Numbered from the stretch's first letter, positions 41,496 to 50,928 are shown. The stretch is DNA of 64,000 bases from Kiritimatiellia bacterium (GCA_024405265.1 JAKSOZ010000001.1:27263-91262); one strand, 5' to 3'. The notes: generated by a model from the sequence alone, not told the origin. Translations and numbers: made by a program.

Positions 41496-42036
41496 TTATA
41501 ATGTCGAGTGCCCGAGATATCGGCTTGAATGTGATATCGAGTCTTGCCCTCGTTATCTGACGCGTTGTGTCATTGATATAGATGAGGAGTCAGGCGAACT
41601 TGTGGCATCGGGATTTTGTCATGAACGAGGGATTAAATTCTTTCCTTCTATCCCAAATAACAAGATATCGATTAAGACGATTTCGGAGCAACACGCCGAG
41701 CAACGAACTAAAGGTTTTTGCGAGTTCTCAGGTACAGAAGTTAATTCGAAGATAGATATTGATCCGGGTGTAAGCGTAACCGTCAATTTTCATAAACATT
41801 CTTTTACGGCCGGAAAGCCGTGGGAAATCTTCAATCGATTCTTTCGCTCAATTAAAGCGGGCGATGACCATTCTGATAAACATTATCCCGTTCCATTTAC
41901 GACTTCGGATTACAACCAATTGAAGGACGATGCGTTGGCGCTTTTCGACAAATATTGCGAGCGGCAGCCGGCGATTGAGCGTAAGGGCAATAAGCAATTT
42001 GAGCCGTATGCTAGGTTCAAATTAGAACTGCTTTAG
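41482..42036 (+). CDS. Cys-rich hypothetical protein (CPRY x2 near N-terminus)
   Basis: overlaps previous stop by 14 nt (operon); followed by terminator. Confidence 0.5.
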   Translation: MVESNYNVECPRYRLECDIESCPRYLTRCVIDIDEESGELVASGFCHERGIKFFPSIPNNKISIKTISEQHAEQRTKGFCEFSGTEVNSKIDIDPGVSVTVNFHKHSFTAGKPWEIFNRFFRSIKAGDDHSDKHYPVPFTTSDYNQLKDDALALFDKYCERQPAIERKGNKQFEPYARFKLELL

Positions 42037-42072
42037 GTAGAAATTTAGTTTAGATTAGAAATTTATTTTAAG

Positions 42073-42108
42073 CCGTAGAAGTGCAAACTTCTGCGGCTTT
42101 TTCTTTTA
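42073..42108 (+). terminator. rho-independent terminator GCCGTAGAAGT-GCAA-ACTTCTGCGGC + TTTTTCTTTT
   Basis: read directly. Confidence 0.65.
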
Positions 42109-42290
42109 TTCTGCGCATTTTTGCCGCACAAATCCCACGTTTAGTTTACTTTGGGATTTGAATTAATTACTTTACTTGGGAAAAATGATTTAATAATCGC
42201 GCACAAAGGGCTAATTAGCTCGGTTCGGCGCGAAGATAAGTCATCTTTCGGAATGCGGCTATTCCTTTGTGCTAAACAAAGGAAAGAGCC

Positions 42291-42494
42291 ATGACTAAAA
42301 AGTTCATTGCGGCGCATGTCGCCGAGTTCAAGGGTAAGAAGGAAGTTGTCGATTTCATTTGGAATCGACTTTGTTGGGGTGCGAGCATCTCGTCCGCTGT
42401 AGTGGAGGCGATGGAAGAGTTCGAGCTCATCAAGGTGGGTGAGATTCTTCGGCCTATTCGTCCCTCGTTTTCCGATGGTCGGATCGCCGGTTAA
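42291..42494 (+). CDS. small hypothetical protein (67 aa)
   Basis: AAAGGAAAGAG upstream of ATG; begins the GC-richer block. Confidence 0.35.
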   Translation: MTKKFIAAHVAEFKGKKEVVDFIWNRLCWGASISSAVVEAMEEFELIKVGEILRPIRPSFSDGRIAG

Positions 42495-42510
42495 GAAAGG
42501 AGGTTCGACC

Positions 42511-43119
42511 ATGGAAAACACGAATCTCCCGGAGGTGAATCTCGATGCGCTCGCGGCGGAATTGCCTGCGGCGTTTCAGGGACATTGGATCGCCGATGTC
42601 GTAAGGGCTTTTGGCGGCGCGCGCGCCATGGTGAGCGACGAGGAATTGCTCGATTATTGGCAGGAGGCGGTCGTGAGAGCCATGAGGGCTCTCACGGAGT
42701 TGGAGGGACAAGTGGAAGTTGGAGATGGAATGCGGGTCGCGTATGTGAAACGGGCGGTGAGGAGCTTACTGACAGACTTGAATCGAAAATACGATGTCAG
42801 GTCGGAAGTGGTTAGTGGGCAGTGTGGAGTGGTTAGTGAGGAGGAAGACGAGGTTGATCTCGTTGAGAAGGCGGAGAGTTCGGCGTTCGAGCTAAAGAAT
42901 CGCAAGCGAATCGACGACTTTCATGTTGCGCTGAAGTTGGTGGAGGACGATCCGAAGTGCCGCGCGTATTGGGAGGCGTATGTGCGAACGGATGGGTCGG
43001 ATCGTGCGGTCGGGAAGCGGCTCGGGCTTTCGCATACGGCGGTCAGGAAGTATTATCGGCTCCCGTTCTTTAAGGCGTTCAAGGAAGCGTGGGAATTGGT
43101 AAAGGTTGTTAGGGGGTGA
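42511..43119 (+). CDS. sigma-70 region-4-like HTH protein (possible alternative sigma/antiterminator-type regulator)
   Basis: C-terminal GKRLGLSHTAVRKYYRL helix-turn-helix; strong GAAAGGAGG RBS. Confidence 0.4.
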   Translation: MENTNLPEVNLDALAAELPAAFQGHWIADVVRAFGGARAMVSDEELLDYWQEAVVRAMRALTELEGQVEVGDGMRVAYVKRAVRSLLTDLNRKYDVRSEVVSGQCGVVSEEEDEVDLVEKAESSAFELKNRKRIDDFHVALKLVEDDPKCRAYWEAYVRTDGSDRAVGKRLGLSHTAVRKYYRLPFFKAFKEAWELVKVVRG

Positions 43120-43122
43120 GTT

Positions 43123-43395
43123 ATGAAGAAAAGAAGTAGCAGATCGGAGAGGACACGGCTTTGGCAGATGATGAACGCGGCGCTTGACGATGCTGAGCGG
43201 CTATTCTCCGGGACGAAAGTCGACCGCGCCATTTGGGCGCGGATCGCCTGGCGAGTCGGACTTGAGAACTTTCTCGACGCGATCTTTCAGGCCGAGGCGG
43301 AGGCGAGAGATAGGAATAAGCGCATCCCGAGCTCCCAACTCCCGCGCTTCTTTCAGTCAGTTCTCAACCGGAGATTTCCGAAACGTGAGAGTTGA
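43123..43395 (+). CDS. small basic hypothetical protein
   Basis: overlaps previous stop (GTGAGTTATG). Confidence 0.35.
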   Translation: MKKRSSRSERTRLWQMMNAALDDAERLFSGTKVDRAIWARIAWRVGLENFLDAIFQAEAEARDRNKRIPSSQLPRFFQSVLNRRFPKRES

Positions 43396-43609
43396 AGAAA
43401 GCGGAAGGAAAGAGAAGGTTTCCCCTCTTGACTCCCCTATAAGAGAAATGAAGGGTAAAGAATTAAGCCAGAGCAAGTAATTGCTCATGTCTTTCGCGCG
43501 CGTGACGCGCACGCAGGACGCATGTGCGAGGCAAGATTTGTGAAAATTCCCGTTTCCAAATCGCAAAGCTGAAACGAATAGTATAGGCAGCTGGACGAAG
43601 CGCTCGCGC

Positions 43610-43650
43610 TAAGTGATTAGTGCTTAGTGGTTAGTGCTTAGTCTTCGAAT
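43610..43650 (+). repeat. tandem TTAGTG(C/G) repeats GTGATTAGTGCTTAGTGGTTAGTGCTTAGT
   Basis: read directly; related GTGATAAGTG palindrome at 46226-46330. Confidence 0.6.
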
Positions 43651-43674
43651 ACCAAACGAAAGGATACGAAAATT

Positions 43675-44247
43675 ATGACTAAGAAGAAAACGAACAGCAA
43701 TAAGCCCGAGGAGATTCGCCTCAAGGTCGCCAACTGGGACGAAGAAGTCCCGATGATGGTTAACCGCGACCATGGCTCCAGCGGCTCAAGGAAAGTGATA
43801 ACTCGCGGTGTTGTCCGCTCGAATGACGAGGATGTCCTCATCGGCTCGACCGATCTCGGAGCCGAAATACTCGACATTGCGCTCAACTATCTACGAAAAG
43901 GTTTCGAGTTCCGTTTCACGGATCTCGACGGCGAAGACGCGCTTCGCCTCATTCCCGTCGTCGATAAGGACATGAAAACGGTCTCTGTCGTCGCTCAGAC
44001 GATGGGGAGCTTTCGGGAGTCGCTCGAGGACAAAATCGTTACACCTTTTTATCGCGGCAAAGCGATTGATCCTGAAGAAGCGCTCAAGCTCCGCGAAGAA
44101 GTCCTCAACGCCGACAAAGATAAAAAGCGCCGCGCCGCGGCACCTCAGAAAGGCGGCGTTACGCCGGATATTATGGTTACGTGCCCTAATTGCGGCGAGG
44201 CCGTCCGAGTAGGAAGGTGTGCGCACACGGCGGATAAAGACGCCTAA
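43675..44247 (+). CDS. hypothetical protein with C-terminal CxxC pair
   Basis: AAAGGATACGAAAATT-ATG RBS; 190 aa. Confidence 0.45.
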   Translation: MTKKKTNSNKPEEIRLKVANWDEEVPMMVNRDHGSSGSRKVITRGVVRSNDEDVLIGSTDLGAEILDIALNYLRKGFEFRFTDLDGEDALRLIPVVDKDMKTVSVVAQTMGSFRESLEDKIVTPFYRGKAIDPEEALKLREEVLNADKDKKRRAAAPQKGGVTPDIMVTCPNCGEAVRVGRCAHTADKDA

Positions 44248-44351
44248 GAAGAATTGAAATGTCCTTACTGACGTTTTCTTGACCGTCGCCTGATGGAAAC
44301 GTTTCCGTCAGGTGATGGTGAGGCGGGGTCTTGGGTGAGACTCCGCAGGGG

Positions 44352-44397
44352 TATCAGGCGATGCAATGCGAGGCCATCGCCTGATGCTTTTTATTCT
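44352..44397 (+). terminator. rho-independent terminator ATCAGGCGATG...CATCGCCTGAT + TTTTTATT
   Basis: read directly; a second palindrome CCTGATGGAAACGTTTCCGTCAGG lies at 44289-44312. Confidence 0.55.
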
Positions 44398-44421
44398 ATT
44401 GCCTCGTGAAAGGAGTGCCAT

Positions 44422-45129
44422 ATGGCAAAGATCAAGGGGAGCGCGGTGCTCTCCAATTTCAAGCGCAAGGGTGACATCACGTGTTACTTCCTGCGCCTTC
44501 AGTCCAACGGCAAGGTCGACACCGCGTCGATCGCCGAAAACACCAAGGCCGACACGCGACTCTCCACGGAGTTTGCGACGGCCGCCATGCAGACGCTCAC
44601 CAACGAAATGGTGAACGCGCTGATGGAAGGCAAGCGCATCGAAACGCAGTACTTCTCGATGTACTTGAAGTGCCTCGGTCGCTTCAACGGTCCGACCGAC
44701 AAGTTCGATCCCGCGCGCCATCAACTCGGCATCGTCTTCGCTCCGAAGCCGGCGATGAAGAAGCTCCTCGAGACGCTCGAAGTCGAAAACATGACGGCGC
44801 ACGTCAAGGTCGCGCTTTCGTTCGTGCGCTCCGACGGCGTCGACGAGAAGAACGTCGTCAAGCTCGGCGCGAACGTCTTCGGTGAAGGCGAGGGACTCAC
44901 GCTCGTTGAGGGCCGTGAGGACGAATACGTCGCGCTCCTCGACAAGACTTCGCGCGCCATCGTCGCCAAGGCGGACGTGCTCGAAAGCTCCGTCGGTACC
45001 TTGAAGGCGAAGTTCGCCGCGGGTGCCGTCGAGCCGGGCGAGTACCTCTTCGTCGTGAGCTCCCGTAACGGCGGCGAGGAATCGCTCACGCCGTTCCAGA
45101 CCGAGAAGCTCGTCAAGGTCATCGCGTAA
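44422..45129 (+). CDS. HU-like (Bacteroidetes-type HU-family fold) DNA-binding domain protein with C-terminal extension
   Basis: N-terminal pattern KGDITCYFLRLQSNGKVDTASIAENTKADTRLS resembles the N-terminus of these HU-like proteins; GGAG RBS; GC visibly higher than flanks. Confidence 0.35.
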   Translation: MAKIKGSAVLSNFKRKGDITCYFLRLQSNGKVDTASIAENTKADTRLSTEFATAAMQTLTNEMVNALMEGKRIETQYFSMYLKCLGRFNGPTDKFDPARHQLGIVFAPKPAMKKLLETLEVENMTAHVKVALSFVRSDGVDEKNVVKLGANVFGEGEGLTLVEGREDEYVALLDKTSRAIVAKADVLESSVGTLKAKFAAGAVEPGEYLFVVSSRNGGEESLTPFQTEKLVKVIA

Positions 45130-45146
45130 GGAAAGGAGGCGATACT

Positions 45147-46208
45147 ATGGCTAACAAGATTCAGCTCAAGCTCGTCAAGAGTTCCTTGGAAACCGTGCGC
45201 GACGACTTCACGGCGATTGTCGTCAACTCGGGGACGGTCGGTCTCGATGAACTCCTTGCGCGTGCCGCGGAGAAGGAACCGAACTTCTCGGTGACATCGA
45301 TCGGCCTCGCCTTCGCCTCGTGGATGCGCTACGCGGCGACGCAGATCGGCGAGGGCATGTTCGTCAACTTCGGCGGCATCGGGCTTATGGCGTATGTGCC
45401 GGGCTCGCTCCTCCACATGGACGAAGCGGTCTCGTCCGATCGTCTCGGCGTGCAGGTCACGATGTATGAAAACGCGTTCACCGAAGCGATCGCCAAGCTC
45501 GAGGCGACGACGTCCGTCGATGAGGACGCGCTCTCGTTCGTCTTCAAGAAGGTCGAGGACGAAACGACCAATACGCTCGGCGTCATCACTCCCGGCGGCA
45601 CGATCAAGGTCCTCGGCGATCGTCTCTCCACGGGACTCGACGGCGAGAAGATTACAATCACCGACTCGACCGGCGCTACGATGGAGGCGGCGAATGTCGT
45701 CGGCGATGCGGAGGGCTGCTGGCTCAAGGGCGACGCGGCGCGCAAGCTCAAGCCCGGCAAGGGCGAGGTTGCGGTTTACTGCCGCGGACTCAAGACGCCC
45801 GAAGCCGATGTCGTCCGACAGACGCGCAAGGTCACGATTCTCTCGCCGAACATCGAGCCCGGTCCGCATATCGAATCGCTCAAGTCGCGTGCGACGCGTG
45901 GCGAGGGCGAGTGGCGTGTGTTCGCAGACGTCTTCGACATCGAGGGCTATGGCTTCGATCCCGACACGACTGCGACGCTTCGCCTCGTGAAGCGCGCGAC
46001 GGGACAGGAGGCGGCGAAGGTCAACTCGCAGACGAGCGGCTACAACGTGCTCAAGCGCGAGAGCGACGAAAAGCTCGTCTTCACGCTCGACCGCAACAGC
46101 TCGGCCGAACCCGACGGCTCGTGGCTCGATGACGTGACGTACGACGCCGAACTCGTCCTCACTAACGCCAAGGGCACGACGACCCTCCCGCTCCAGCGCG
46201 AGTGGTAA
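45147..46208 (+). CDS. HU-like N-terminal domain protein, paralog of the previous gene, with long C-terminal beta-rich region
   Basis: KIQLKLVKSSLETVRDDFTAIVVNSGTVGLDELLARAAEKEPNFSVTSIGLAFAS... ; AAGGAAAGGAGG RBS. Confidence 0.4.
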   Translation: MANKIQLKLVKSSLETVRDDFTAIVVNSGTVGLDELLARAAEKEPNFSVTSIGLAFASWMRYAATQIGEGMFVNFGGIGLMAYVPGSLLHMDEAVSSDRLGVQVTMYENAFTEAIAKLEATTSVDEDALSFVFKKVEDETTNTLGVITPGGTIKVLGDRLSTGLDGEKITITDSTGATMEAANVVGDAEGCWLKGDAARKLKPGKGEVAVYCRGLKTPEADVVRQTRKVTILSPNIEPGPHIESLKSRATRGEGEWRVFADVFDIEGYGFDPDTTATLRLVKRATGQEAAKVNSQTSGYNVLKRESDEKLVFTLDRNSSAEPDGSWLDDVTYDAELVLTNAKGTTTLPLQREW

Positions 46209-46225
46209 CGCGCTAAAGCGAGCGA

Positions 46226-46330
46226 TAAAGTATAAGTGATAAGTGTTAAGTGGTGGTGTTTAAGCTCTTCTTGTAAAAGGGGACAAAATTCCATCACTTA
46301 TCATTTATCACTTATCGGTTATCACTAACA
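46226..46330. repeat. long imperfect palindrome built from GTGATAAGTG units
   Basis: 46231-46260 pairs with 46296-46325. Confidence 0.55.
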
Positions 46331-46346
46331 AAGGAAAGGTCCTATT

Positions 46347-46481
46347 ATGAAGCTAAATATCGATTGGAAGGGAATGGCGAAGGCCGTAGTGAAGGCCATT
46401 CTCCCGTTCTTCTCCGGCGCGCTGGGCGGCCTCCTCTTCGGTTGCTCCGTCTATGGCACCGGCGCAGGCGTTACGTTCTGA
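46347..46481 (+). CDS. candidate 44-aa hydrophobic Gly-rich peptide MKLNIDWKGMAKAVVKAILPFFSGALGGLLFGCSVYGTGAGVTF
   Basis: AAAGGAAAGG RBS 8 nt upstream; followed by perfect hairpin GTGGGCGGGG-TAAC-TCCCCGCCCAC (46498-46522). Confidence 0.4.
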   Translation: MKLNIDWKGMAKAVVKAILPFFSGALGGLLFGCSVYGTGAGVTF

Positions 46482-46578
46482 CGCGCGAACGCCTAAGGTG
46501 GGCGGGGTAACTCCCCGCCCACTCAATACTATCACCCTCTTTACATTTGATGCGTAAAAATGGTATAATAGTATCCAA

Positions 46579-47274
46579 ATGTTGGAGATAAGGGAGATAA
46601 TTCGTGCATCCAGTCAGGGTGTTACCGTGCCTGTGCTATGCAAAGGCGATGATGGAGCACTGTACTGGTGCAAGGGCGATCAGGCTGGATTGGCATCTTG
46701 TCGAAACGAATGGGTTTGCGGATGCTTGGCTAAGGCTTTGAATTTGTCGATTCCAAAGTTTGATATTGCTAAAGTCCCTTGGGAGCTGTTTGTCGCATGG
46801 AGGAATCTTGCCGTTGATGTACCGCCATTGATTAAGGAATCAAATCCATATGTCTTTGCTTCTCGTCATGTGGAAGATGCGAAGGACATTGTTTCCGTTA
46901 GGGAAATCAAGGATGTTGATGAAAGTGACCAAGTGAAGATTTTTCTTTTCGACGAGTTTATCCGCAATGTGGATCGGACAGATTCGAACAGTAACCTCTT
47001 GGTAACTGCAGCAAAACGATGGTATGTCATTGACCATAATTCGTCATATGCCGAGAATTTTGACAGACCGAGTTTTGTGTCGGATCATTTGTTTAAGAAC
47101 TCGATTCATGGAGAAGCATACCGAGGGAAGGATGCGTTTCTAAAACAAATCAAAGAGGTGTTCACGGTTGATTTCTTAGAGTCTGTGTGGAGTGAAATGC
47201 CGAATTCGTGGGTATCTGACGATGCGGCTGAAGCTCACAAGGAAAGAATTCTGAAAACTATACATGGAGAATGA
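46579..47274 (+). CDS. HipA-C-like Ser/Thr kinase domain protein
   Basis: IRNVDRTDSNSNLLV aligns with HipA catalytic loop IGNTDDHLKNFSLL, and VIDHN with the HipA metal-binding D; TGGTATAATAG then 6 nt then ATG. Confidence 0.45.
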   Translation: MLEIREIIRASSQGVTVPVLCKGDDGALYWCKGDQAGLASCRNEWVCGCLAKALNLSIPKFDIAKVPWELFVAWRNLAVDVPPLIKESNPYVFASRHVEDAKDIVSVREIKDVDESDQVKIFLFDEFIRNVDRTDSNSNLLVTAAKRWYVIDHNSSYAENFDRPSFVSDHLFKNSIHGEAYRGKDAFLKQIKEVFTVDFLESVWSEMPNSWVSDDAAEAHKERILKTIHGE

Positions 47275-48125
47275 ATATGACTACAATGCATGTGTGCACA
47301 GTTGTGCCGGTTGTATTCTGCCCGTTCCCTGAGACCGGGGAGTTCGCTTGTATTGGTGTCATTATGTGTTGCCCTGCTATAGGTTGGTATGGGTATAAGC
47401 TTATTAAGGCCAACGAGCGTCCATTCAAGCGGGCGGCTAAGTTTTTTGATCAGATAGATGACTCGATTATTCGTACTGCCATTAGATGTGCTAAGCAGGA
47501 TATTGAGTACACTATAGATATGGCCACAGAAGAGCTTGACCCTGTTGTCCGTAATGCCGCTTTTCAAAACTTAATTAGACCGCGGGAGGGTTTTATTAGG
47601 TATGGCAATGCTAAGGCTATAATGGTTGAAGATTATCGGGCAGCATTGGAGGAGCAGTTCAAGAGTATTGTTCATCGGAACTTCATTGATAGAGAAGGCT
47701 ATTACGAGAATAAAATGCGTGAACGCGTTCAAGACTACCTGACATCGCGTAAGATAAGCTTCCATTCTAAGAAAAGGTATGAGTTCGAGAATGGTTATTT
47801 TAGCTTTAATATTCCGTTTGTTCTCGGCGAAAAAGATTCTGCAAAGCTAATTAAGCCGTTAAACTTCGTTACAAAGAGCAACAACGAGACAATGGAGCAT
47901 TGGTTTAAGTGGCGGACGCGTTTTGACTATCTTCACAGTGTCGGTTTTGATAAGGAGCGTATCCTTGTGCCGGTGCGTTTGCCGGAGCCTGGTCACGCTT
48001 CTTACGATGCGGCGTATCGTGTATTTGATCTTTTGCAGAAGCACACCATGACGGTTAACGAAGATGATAAAAAGCAGGAAGAGGCATCGGTTGTGAATTT
48101 TGCAACTAGCGGAGCCTCAGTATGA
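47271..48125 (+). CDS. DUF3037-like protein
   Basis: ATGA overlap with kinase gene; N-terminal HVCTVVPVVFCPFPETGEFACIGVIM pattern. Confidence 0.45.
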   Translation: MNMTTMHVCTVVPVVFCPFPETGEFACIGVIMCCPAIGWYGYKLIKANERPFKRAAKFFDQIDDSIIRTAIRCAKQDIEYTIDMATEELDPVVRNAAFQNLIRPREGFIRYGNAKAIMVEDYRAALEEQFKSIVHRNFIDREGYYENKMRERVQDYLTSRKISFHSKKRYEFENGYFSFNIPFVLGEKDSAKLIKPLNFVTKSNNETMEHWFKWRTRFDYLHSVGFDKERILVPVRLPEPGHASYDAAYRVFDLLQKHTMTVNEDDKKQEEASVVNFATSGASV

Positions 48126-48169
48126 TGCTAATATTGGTTAGAAGAACTTGTGATTAATGGGTGTGAACA

Positions 48170-48547
48170 ATGTCCCGAAAGAAGTCTTCAGAAGAGATTC
48201 ATGCGAGTGAAACGAAGTTTGTTGCGATTTGCGATTTGTTAAAGACCGCAATGGTGATATCTGTTGTAGGCTTTTTGGGTTATCGCGTTATAGAGATGAT
48301 GACTGTGGCACTCTCGGCAAAGCCTGAGACATTGGATTCGTTTGCAAAGTGTCTCTCGGAATGGAAAGTCGCCGATATCATTTTTGCTATTGTATCGATT
48401 ATTACTGGCGGAGGATGGTATATAGAACACCAACGCAATAACAATCTCGTACAAAGCAATGGCGATCTTAGGCATGAGAAAGAATCTCGTGATGTTGTCT
48501 CTACAAGAAGCGGACTTGACAAAGTCGGAAGAACACCTAAGGAGTAA
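48170..48547 (+). CDS. small membrane protein (2 TM)
   Basis: hydrophobic segments; no motif. Confidence 0.4.
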   Translation: MSRKKSSEEIHASETKFVAICDLLKTAMVISVVGFLGYRVIEMMTVALSAKPETLDSFAKCLSEWKVADIIFAIVSIITGGGWYIEHQRNNNLVQSNGDLRHEKESRDVVSTRSGLDKVGRTPKE

Positions 48548-48551
48548 GAAA

Positions 48552-49079
48552 ATGTGTGAAGCCTTACTATCTATTGTTGGATTCGTTGCATTAGTGTTCG
48601 CTTGGAGGGCATGGAAAAAGACCGCTCGTGGTGCAGTAAGAGATTGCTTGTTCTCATTGCGTGATGAGTGGCGCAATCACTATGTAGACTGCAAGCTGGA
48701 TATGCAAGATGGGGCTTATGCAGATATTAGGAATCTACTTAATGGGATGCTAAGATACACCAAGAGAATGCGTATGATGGGTTTCTTATATTTCGCTGCG
48801 CACGCATCCTCGGAGGAAGTGGCTTCGACATCATCTCGGATAGACGAGACAATAGATAGATGTGATAGCGATACTAGGGAGCTGGCAAAAAGGATTCGGA
48901 GAAAAGCATGTGAAGCAATTTTGATATATATGGCTGCCACATCGCTAGGGTTTATTTCTGCGGCAGTGTTTATGTTTGTTTATTTCCTTCCTAATAGGAT
49001 TTTCTCCGCAATAAAGACTAGTATACGCTCGGTGTTTGATGTCAAGCCTGCTATGCTTGAGTATGCTGTCCTATATTAG
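48552..49079 (+). CDS. membrane protein (N- and C-terminal TM helices)
   Basis: TAAGGAGTAAGAAA-ATG RBS. Confidence 0.4.
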   Translation: MCEALLSIVGFVALVFAWRAWKKTARGAVRDCLFSLRDEWRNHYVDCKLDMQDGAYADIRNLLNGMLRYTKRMRMMGFLYFAAHASSEEVASTSSRIDETIDRCDSDTRELAKRIRRKACEAILIYMAATSLGFISAAVFMFVYFLPNRIFSAIKTSIRSVFDVKPAMLEYAVLY

Positions 49080-49353
49080 ATCCGTCCGCTACGATGATCT
49101 CTCCTAGCTCGTGACAACGCCGATACATCGTCGCGCGGTCGAGCTTGGCGGCTTGCGCGGGCCAGAGCGAGAGAAAGAGCGCGCGGCCATCGGCGCAAAG
49201 CGCTTCGTACTCGCGCGGCGGATGGCCTCGCTCGGCGTAGGTCTGGGGCTCCAAGACAATCAAGTTGCCGCCAGCCTCGATGATCTCGCGCCGCGCCTCT
49301 TTCTCGAGCGGGCTCATGAAGGTGCCGATGCCTGCTCCGTCTTCGCCGATGCG

Positions 49354-50001
49354 CTAGGCGCGCTCCTTAACCGCAAGCCACTCGCTCGAGCCCTCGACGA
49401 TTGAGCGCGAGCAGCGGAAGGGCTCGATGAACGGCGCTTCGAGAAGCTCGAGGTTCCCGTAGGCGAACCACTCGCGCCCGAGGAAGCGAACGCCCGGAAC
49501 GACGCGAAAGAAGTCGCGCTTCGCCTGGCGGCGATAATGGCGCGCGGGGTTTTCGCGAATGTACTTGATGAAGGCATCGAGTTGTCCGCGGCGCTTAATG
49601 ATCCAATCGTGCCATTCGCGCTCGAAGATCGGCCGGACGGAACCGGCCTCAAGCCCGACAGACGTATGTTTCGCAACTGGCGGTTCCGTCCGCCAGTAGG
49701 CGCTCGACAGCGCCTTCATCAACTGGTAAACGACTCGCCCGAGGTTGCCGCGCTTCTCGATATCGGCGAGTTTGATCAGGAGATGAATATGATCGGGCAT
49801 CACGACGAAAGGGCGGATCGGCTCGATTACGAACCAGGTCTTATGGAAGTCGAGAATCGTCTTGATCAGAGCCTTCGTAATCGGCGTTTCGACTATTACG
49901 CCTTCTTGGTTGACCGAAAACGGCGCGAGGCCTTCGCGCTTTTTCAAGGTCACCATATAGTAATACGGCGCCGAATAGTCAAATCCGTTTAATCGATACA
50001 T
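49354..50001 (-). mobile_element. Y1 HUH transposase of the IS200/IS605 / REP-associated (RAYT) type
   Basis: HUH motif MPDHIHLLI; about 215 aa; consensus GGTATAATC promoter on minus strand at 50019-50030; gene is GC-rich relative to surroundings. Confidence 0.6.
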
Positions 50002-50821
50002 AAGGTTTTATGTTTTATATTGATTATACCATATTCTCTTTAAGGCATAAAGCGCAATTTGTGTTATCGATAAGATTGTGCAGTCAAGCTCCACGCGGGG
50101 CTTCGTCCCCGTGAATCCCAGATAATGCTTCATACTGCGCATGCGCCTTGATGACTGCTCTGACGTTATATCGGGTGGGGATTGGGGAGTGATTTGGGGT
50201 TGACGATGGATTGGGCGGCGAAAGGCGGCGTGCCGCTTTGTGGCTTTATCTCGCCCGGAGAGCGAGAGGTTGAACGCCGCCTTAAGGCGCTGCCGCGCGC
50301 TCGTTGGATCAAGGCGGTTCCTTATGGGCTCCCGCCGCGCTACGATCCGTCGGTCGAAGATTTGAGCCATCTCGCCGCTCATCGCGAGCTGATACTCTCG
50401 GCGTTCGACCCCGCCGAATTCGCGCCCTTTAAGGTAACTCGCGCCGGGTGCCTCGCGATGAACGACCGCCTCGTCGAGATAGCCAATGAAAGCACGGGGC
50501 TTCGCCCCGAATCACAAGTGTAATAACTGTATCCGGGAAGGGGGTTTGGTTTTGCCGCGCGAGGGGGTCGAGGGCCGCGCTAGCGTGGGTGCGAGTTGCT
50601 ATGCGCGCAGTGATTTCGGTGCCTACGATGTATGTGTTATTGGCAAAATGTGATTAGAGGGATTGGATATTATAGCGCATGATATGCCAATTGTTACAAG
50701 AGATTCCCGTAGGGTTGTCGGTGAACCATTGAGTTGACTGCGGTAATTCACAATTGACATGAGTCGGAATTATATGATATAATTTAATTAATCTTGTAGC
50801 ATAAATAGAAAGAAGGTGTAA

Positions 50822-50914
50822 ATGAAATTACAGTGGAAAGTCGTAGCAAAGCCGACAACCTCGGTTTGCTCGTTCGGTTGCTTTAAGCATTGTGATGCCA
50901 TGCGTAATGGCTGA
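50822..50914 (+). CDS. candidate precursor peptide A (30 aa) MKLQWKVVAKPTTSVCSFGCFKHCDAMRNG
   Basis: GAAGGTG 5 nt upstream; shares KL(Q/S)W(K/T)V with peptide B; 3 Cys in C-terminal half; TATAAT at 50777-50782. Confidence 0.45.
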   Translation: MKLQWKVVAKPTTSVCSFGCFKHCDAMRNG

Positions 50915-50928
50915 GGAGGTTTTGGTCA

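Noticed and set aside
44366-46132. Multiple alternative-frame ORFs (Arg/Ala-rich) in the GC-rich block
   Set aside because: These are typical GC-driven spurious frames overlapping RBS-led genes.
50182-50523. 113-aa GC-rich ORF as a gene
   Set aside because: It has no start context, and its composition matches the adjacent transposase flank. It is possibly a gene fragment, too uncertain to call.
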